Positions 15,384-20,000 of a DNA stretch of 20,000 bases are shown one piece after another (the first letter of the stretch is position 1; each line of letters opens with the position of its first letter). The stretch lies in IMG/VR virus record IMGVR_UViG_3300027796_000194, one strand, 5' to 3'. The stretch is from an uncultured virus (IMG/VR IMGVR_UViG_3300027796_000194). Taxonomy: Duplodnaviria > Heunggongvirae > Uroviricota > Caudoviricetes. The notes under the pieces were generated by a model. That model was not told the origin of the DNA and made no database searches. It worked only from the letters and a program-made list of their open reading frames with translations. A program made the translations under genes and the position numbers.

Positions 15384-17299
15384 TGAACAATCCGCAAGAA
15401 ATTGCTTACATCCTTTCCTATCTGGAAGGGCTGAAGCCTGACCCTGTGCAAGTGGTGTCGGATTGGTCGGATCAACACCGCCTTCTTTCCGGCAAGGCCT
15501 CGTCCGAGCCGGGGCCGTGGCGCACAAGCCGAACGCCCTATTTGCGCGAACCGATGGATTGTTTGTCCGCAAACTCTCCCATAGAGCGCGTCGTTTTTAT
15601 GAAGGGCGCGCAGATTGGCGGGACGGAATGCGGCAACAACTGGCTGGGCTATATCATTCATCAAACACCGGGGCCGACGCTTAGTGTCAACCCGACTGTG
15701 GAGATGGCCAAGCGCAATTCCAAACAGCGCATCGAGCCGCTTATTGAAGAAAGCCCTGTTCTTCGCCAATTGATCAAGCCCGCCCGATCCAAGGATTCGG
15801 GCAACACGATTTTGGTCAAAGAGTTTCCGGGCGGCATTCTGGTGATGACGGGCGCAAACAGCGCGGCGGGGCTTCGCTCCATGCCCGTGCGGTTCCTGTT
15901 TTTGGATGAAGTTGACGCATTCCCCGGCGACGTGGAGGATGAAGGTGATCCCGTAGCTCTGGCCGAGGCGCGTACCCGCACTTTTGCGCGGCGCAAGATT
16001 TATATTGTTTCAACGCCGACGGTCAAAGGCCTGTCGCGTATCGAGCGTGAATATGAGGCCAGCGATCAACGCCGCTACATGGTGCCGTGTCCGCTATGCG
16101 GCACGTTTCAGTGGCTCAAATTCTCGCAGCTCAAATGGCCGCACAATGAACCCGACAAGGCAGCGTATGAGTGCGAACATTGCAGCCAGCTGTTTGCCGA
16201 GCATCACAAAACGGAGATGCTGGCGAACGGTTATTGGCAGGCTCACGCGCAGGGCGATGGGCGCACGGCAGGCTTCCATATTTCCAGTTTGTATTCGCCG
16301 CTGGGTTGGCGAAGCTGGGCAGAAATTGCGCGGGCATGGCTCGACGCGCAAGGTTCGGATGCTTCGATCAAATCGTTCAAAAACACCGAGCTTGGGGAAA
16401 CCTATGTCGAAAGCGGCGAAGCCCCAGAATGGCATCGCCTCTATGATCGGCGTGAAGATTACCGCATAGCTACCGTGCCAATGGGCGGCTTGTTCCTTAC
16501 AGCTGGCGTGGATGTGCAGAAAGACCGCCTTGAACTGGAAATCGTGGCATGGGGCCGCGACCGCGAATGCTGGTCAGTGGATTATCGTGTCTTGCAAGGA
16601 GATCCTGCCAAGGCGGATGTGTGGATCGCGCTCGACGCAGTGTTGGCCGAAAGCTTCACGCATGAAAACGGGGTCAATCTCGCGATCCTCAAACTCGCCA
16701 TCGACACGGGCTATGCAACGCAGGAGGTTTACGACTGGGTACGCCGTCAGCAAGGCGATAGGGTTTTAGCCGTCAAGGGCGTTGACCGCCTTGGTGCGCC
16801 GCTTGGCGCGCCCAGCCATATGGATGTGACGGTTGAAGGGAAACGCAAGCGGCGAGGCCTTCTGGTTTGGCCCGTGGGATCATCTTTCGCCAAGTCCGAG
16901 CTTTATGGGTGCCTTCGCAAAGACGCGCCGACGGACGAGCAAAAGGCGCAAGGCATTCGTTATCCGGCAGGATATTGCCACTTCCCCAAATACGGCGAGG
17001 ATTATTTCAAGCAGCTGACGGCGGAACGCCTCGTCACAAGCAAGAACAAACGGGGCTTCCCCTTCCGCGAGTGGCGCAAAGAGCGTGAACGTAACGAAGC
17101 GTTGGACTGCCGCGTGTACGCGCGCGCCGCCGCCGCCAGCGTCGGCATCGACCGCTTCAACGAAACTATCTGGCTCCGCCTTGAAACCGCCCTCGGCCTC
17201 GTCACGGAAGTCAACAGCCCCGCGCCGGAAGTCGCTACCGCACCGCCTCAGTCGCCACCCGCTCCACAACGCCGAACGATCAGGAGTAGTTATCTATGA
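15383..17299 (+). CDS. Phage terminase large subunit, lambda gpA family
   Basis: PYLREPMD, KGAQIGGTE, LFLDEVD, STPT, CPLCG/CEHC, AGVDVQ, IDTG, NEALDC; 638 aa. Confidence 0.96.
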   Translation: MNNPQEIAYILSYLEGLKPDPVQVVSDWSDQHRLLSGKASSEPGPWRTSRTPYLREPMDCLSANSPIERVVFMKGAQIGGTECGNNWLGYIIHQTPGPTLSVNPTVEMAKRNSKQRIEPLIEESPVLRQLIKPARSKDSGNTILVKEFPGGILVMTGANSAAGLRSMPVRFLFLDEVDAFPGDVEDEGDPVALAEARTRTFARRKIYIVSTPTVKGLSRIEREYEASDQRRYMVPCPLCGTFQWLKFSQLKWPHNEPDKAAYECEHCSQLFAEHHKTEMLANGYWQAHAQGDGRTAGFHISSLYSPLGWRSWAEIARAWLDAQGSDASIKSFKNTELGETYVESGEAPEWHRLYDRREDYRIATVPMGGLFLTAGVDVQKDRLELEIVAWGRDRECWSVDYRVLQGDPAKADVWIALDAVLAESFTHENGVNLAILKLAIDTGYATQEVYDWVRRQQGDRVLAVKGVDRLGAPLGAPSHMDVTVEGKRKRRGLLVWPVGSSFAKSELYGCLRKDAPTDEQKAQGIRYPAGYCHFPKYGEDYFKQLTAERLVTSKNKRGFPFREWRKERERNEALDCRVYARAAAASVGIDRFNETIWLRLETALGLVTEVNSPAPEVATAPPQSPPAPQRRTIRSSYL

Positions 17300-17481
17300 C
17301 TCTACCTGATCTTCAGAAATATCGGCAAATGGTGGAGAGTTTTGACTTGTCTGATGAGCAAAAAGACGAACTTATCATGGCTGTGTGGAATATTATGGGG
17401 CATTTTGTGGACCAAGCCTTTGGTGTCCATCCAGTGCAATTGTGTCAAAAGAACCGTGAAAGCAAGCACTTGACCCAATGA
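17296..17481 (+). CDS. 61-aa hypothetical protein upstream of the recombinase pair
   Basis: ATGA overlap with TerL; AGGAG RBS; DLSDEQKDELI..VW.IM..FVDQAFG. Confidence 0.7.
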   Translation: MTLPDLQKYRQMVESFDLSDEQKDELIMAVWNIMGHFVDQAFGVHPVQLCQKNRESKHLTQ

Positions 17482-17539
17482 TTTTGTGGATGTTTGTGTT
17501 ATAATGGTGCGGGCAACGAAACGGATTAAAGTGAGAAAA

Positions 17540-17890
17540 ATGCCTATTCAAAGCGTGATTTATTGCCACACGGCCTGCGGCCCACAAGAAGGCCTAGACG
17601 TAGAGGCACAAAAACAGGAACGATTTTGCCGCGACTATGCGGTGGCGCACGGATGCGGGGTTATCGAAGTTTTTTCCGACTCTGGCGTGTCAGGTCTTTC
17701 AGAAAACAGATCGGGCTTTAATGCATTACTGGATTTTCTGCACCAACAACGAAAACCGTTTGCTGTCTTGGTTGCTTCGCGGGATAGGCTCGCGCGTGAT
17801 CTTGATTTGCTTCTGATATTGGAGAGAAAGCTCTCTGATTTATGTGCGCCCCTTGTTTTCGTAAATGAGGTGTATCAAAAGGTCGCATGA
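17540..17890 (+). CDS. Stand-alone serine recombinase catalytic domain, catalytic motif altered
   Basis: IYCHTAC (vs YxRxS)...Q..FCRDYA...FSDSGVSG..RSGF..LL...DRLARD; ATGA-coupled to the integrase. Confidence 0.8.
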   Translation: MPIQSVIYCHTACGPQEGLDVEAQKQERFCRDYAVAHGCGVIEVFSDSGVSGLSENRSGFNALLDFLHQQRKPFAVLVASRDRLARDLDLLLILERKLSDLCAPLVFVNEVYQKVA

Positions 17891-19455
17891 TTAAATTTGC
17901 TGTCACTTATTGCCGTGTTTCCAGTGCCAAACAGGTCAAAGAAGGCCACGGCCTAAGTTCGCAAGAAACGCGCTGCCGCGAATATGCAAAGCATAAAGGA
18001 TATGAAGTCATCGAAACATTTTTCGATGAAGGCATTTCAGGCAGCCTTATCGAACGCCCCGGCATGCAGTCCATGTTGAGGTTTCTGCGTAAAAGAAAAG
18101 GCGAAATTATCGCCGTCATCATCGATGACATCAGCCGTCTTGCACGTGGACTTGAAGCGCATCTGGATTTACGAACTTCAATCGGTGCCGCTGGCGGTAA
18201 ACTGGAATCCCCTTCTATTGAGTTTGGCGAAGATTCCGACAGCATCCTTGTTGAGAATCTTCTGGCCAGCGTCTCGCAACACCAACGGCAAAAGAACGCC
18301 GAGCAGGTCAAGAATCGTATGCGGGCGCGCGTAATGAACGGTTACTGGACAGGAAAAGCTCCATATGGTTATCGCTACAAGTCCATGCCTAACCACGGCA
18401 AACTATTGGTTCGTGATGAGCCGCTGGCTTCAATCGTGCAGGAAGCTTTGGAAGGCTATGCTTGTGGGCGATTTGAAACACGACCGGAGATAAAATACTT
18501 TCTGGAAAGCCATGCCGTCTTTCCCAGAGGACATAATGGGCGAGTACATTATCAGCGCGTTGACGACATGCTCAACAATGCTCTGTACGCAGGATATGTT
18601 CATTTTCCACGATGGGATGTTCACTTCCAACCGGGAAAACACGAAGCCATAATCAGCCTTGAAACGTGGCAAAAGATCCAAGACCGCTTGAAGGGTCAGG
18701 CCAAGGCACCAGCCCGCGTGGATGTACATGATGACTTTCCTCTGCGCGGATTTGTGATCTGCGCTTGCTGCGGCCAGCCTATGACCGCTTGCTGGTCGCG
18801 AGGCAGGAAGAAGGCTTATCCCTATTACCTTTGCCAAACGAAGGGGTGTTCCGAATACAAAAAATCTGTCCGCAAGGAGAAAATGGAAACCGAGTTTGAA
18901 ATCCTTTTGAAAAGCCTGTGTCCATCTGAAGACATGTTCAAAATAGCTGTTGAAGCACTCAAGGATCATTGGCGGGAGGGGGAGAAGAACTTGGGACAGG
19001 AATCCATGCTCGCGAAAAAGGAACTGGCAGAAGTTGAAAAGAAGGTCGGGCAACTCATGGATCGGATTATCGCGACGGACTCGCCCAGCGTGATCAAGGC
19101 CTATGAAGAGCACATCAAAAATCTTGAGATTAGGAAGGCGGGATTAGCCGAGATTACGAAGAATTGCGGCAGGCCGTTAAAGCCGTTCGACCAAACTTAT
19201 CGAACCGCCCTTGAATTCCTCCGAAACCCGCAGAAACTCTGGGTTTCTGAGCGTATCGAGGACAAGAGAATTGTGCTGAAACTGGTTTTTGCGAAGCCTT
19301 TGGAATATTGCCAAAATGGCGGTTATCGAACCGCTCTAACTTCTTGTCCCTTCACACTTTTTCAGGGTTTTAGTAGCCCTAAGAAAGTTTTGGTGGAGCC
19401 AAGGGGGATCGAACCCCTGACCTCAACAATGCCATTGTTGCGCTCTCCCAGCTGA
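17887..19455 (+). CDS. Large serine recombinase (integrase)
   Basis: YCRVSS, DEGISG..RPG, SRLAR, APYGY, YAG..HEAIIS, zinc ribbon LRG..CACCG..YYLC, coiled coil. Confidence 0.95.
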   Translation: MIKFAVTYCRVSSAKQVKEGHGLSSQETRCREYAKHKGYEVIETFFDEGISGSLIERPGMQSMLRFLRKRKGEIIAVIIDDISRLARGLEAHLDLRTSIGAAGGKLESPSIEFGEDSDSILVENLLASVSQHQRQKNAEQVKNRMRARVMNGYWTGKAPYGYRYKSMPNHGKLLVRDEPLASIVQEALEGYACGRFETRPEIKYFLESHAVFPRGHNGRVHYQRVDDMLNNALYAGYVHFPRWDVHFQPGKHEAIISLETWQKIQDRLKGQAKAPARVDVHDDFPLRGFVICACCGQPMTACWSRGRKKAYPYYLCQTKGCSEYKKSVRKEKMETEFEILLKSLCPSEDMFKIAVEALKDHWREGEKNLGQESMLAKKELAEVEKKVGQLMDRIIATDSPSVIKAYEEHIKNLEIRKAGLAEITKNCGRPLKPFDQTYRTALEFLRNPQKLWVSERIEDKRIVLKLVFAKPLEYCQNGGYRTALTSCPFTLFQGFSSPKKVLVEPRGIEPLTSTMPLLRSPS

Positions 19456-19466
19456 GCTATGGCCCC
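19391..19466 (-). tRNA. tRNA-Ala (GGC)
   Basis: Reverse complement GGGGCCATAGCTCAGCTGGGAGAGCGCAACAATGGCATTGTTGAGGTCAGGGGTTCGATCCCCCTTGGCTCCACCA: 76 nt, anticodon GGC, G3:U70, encoded CCA. Confidence 0.97.
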
Positions 19467-19608
19467 ACACGTTGAAGGCGGCGTAAAATCGCCTATGTCG
19501 CAGAGAAATACAAGCTTCTTTTTTTCTTTTTTACGTTAAAGCGTAAGCGCGCTGAAAAGCTAGGGTTCAAGCCAAAAAAGAGGAGGGCGGCACCGGGCGT
19601 TTTTGGGG

Positions 19609-20000
19609 TTAGCCGCGCTTGAACTCGGGCACAAGTTCCTCAAGGCGGGCAATCGCCGCCGTTTCGGTCATGCCGGCTTGCAAAAGCGTAGCAAAGTTCG
19701 CCAGCGTTTGCTGAAGCTGCGGCAGCTCAACCGTTGGCGATTTGGCCAAGTGAACGCCGTCCGCGTTGGAGGGGAGAAGTTCTTCCAGCGGAGAGAACAG
19801 CTCTTCATACAGCTTTTCGCCGGGGCGCAGGCCCGTATAGACGATCTGGATGTCCTCATCCGGGCGTTTGCCAGCCAAGCGGATCATTTGCCGCGCCAGA
19901 TCGGCGATTTTGATCGGGCGGCCCATATCCAGCACCATAACCTTGCCGCGCTTGGCATCGTCGGGCTCCATGCCGAGGGCTGAGGCTTGCAGCACAAGCT
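19609..20000 (-). CDS. CapD/WbpM-like nucleotide-sugar epimerase/dehydratase, C-terminal part (host gene)
   Basis: VLDMGRPIKIADLARQMIRL..IVYTGLRPGEKLYEEL; frame open to the window edge. Confidence 0.9.
   Translation of the reverse strand, partial: LVLQASALGMEPDDAKRGKVMVLDMGRPIKIADLARQMIRLAGKRPDEDIQIVYTGLRPGEKLYEELFSPLEELLPSNADGVHLAKSPTVELPQLQQTLANFATLLQAGMTETAAIARLEELVPEFKRG

Larger units (their letters stand above)
1..19390. mobile_element. Prophage or phage-satellite-like integrated element, right part; inserted at tRNA-Ala 3' end
   Basis: Large serine recombinase abutting a tRNA 3' end, TerS/TerL, phage-type replication genes and an XRE cluster. A host-type gene lies beyond the tRNA. Left boundary not visible. 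Confidence 0.88.

Noticed and set aside
17296..17481. gpW head-completion protein, based on position after gpA
   Set aside because: Beyond the first few residues it shows no gpW-like pattern I recognise, and no portal gene follows.
18430..19113. 227-aa minus-strand ORF
   Set aside because: Antisense to the integrase; no motifs.
19603..19983. 126-aa plus-strand ORF
   Set aside because: Shadow of the CapD-like gene.

Overview
Right-hand ~19.4 kb of a prophage-like element, probably from an alphaproteobacterium, integrated at the 3' end of a tRNA-Ala(GGC) gene. The left boundary is not visible in the window. Left to right: (i) a regulator-rich accessory region with five XRE-type HTH genes, two degenerate NUDIX-like genes each preceded by a paralogous small gene, two ORF6C-like paralogs and an orphan EgtD-like methyltransferase; (ii) an early/replication operon with a CHC2-TOPRIM primase-like gene, a C5-cytosine methyltransferase carrying a near-full-length nested +1-frame ORF, an O-like initiator with iteron-like repeats and a putative late regulator; (iii) a late promoter/terminator and a lambda-like cos-type site; (iv) a four-gene cassette (ParB, ParB-ParB-MTase, HAD-like, CmoA-like) between that site and the terminase genes; (v) TerS and gpA-type TerL with no portal or capsid gene following; (vi) a small ORF, an apparently inactive serine-recombinase domain and a large serine recombinase whose C-terminus runs antisense into the tRNA. 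A host CapD-like gene ends the window. All family calls come from visual motif recognition, not database searches.
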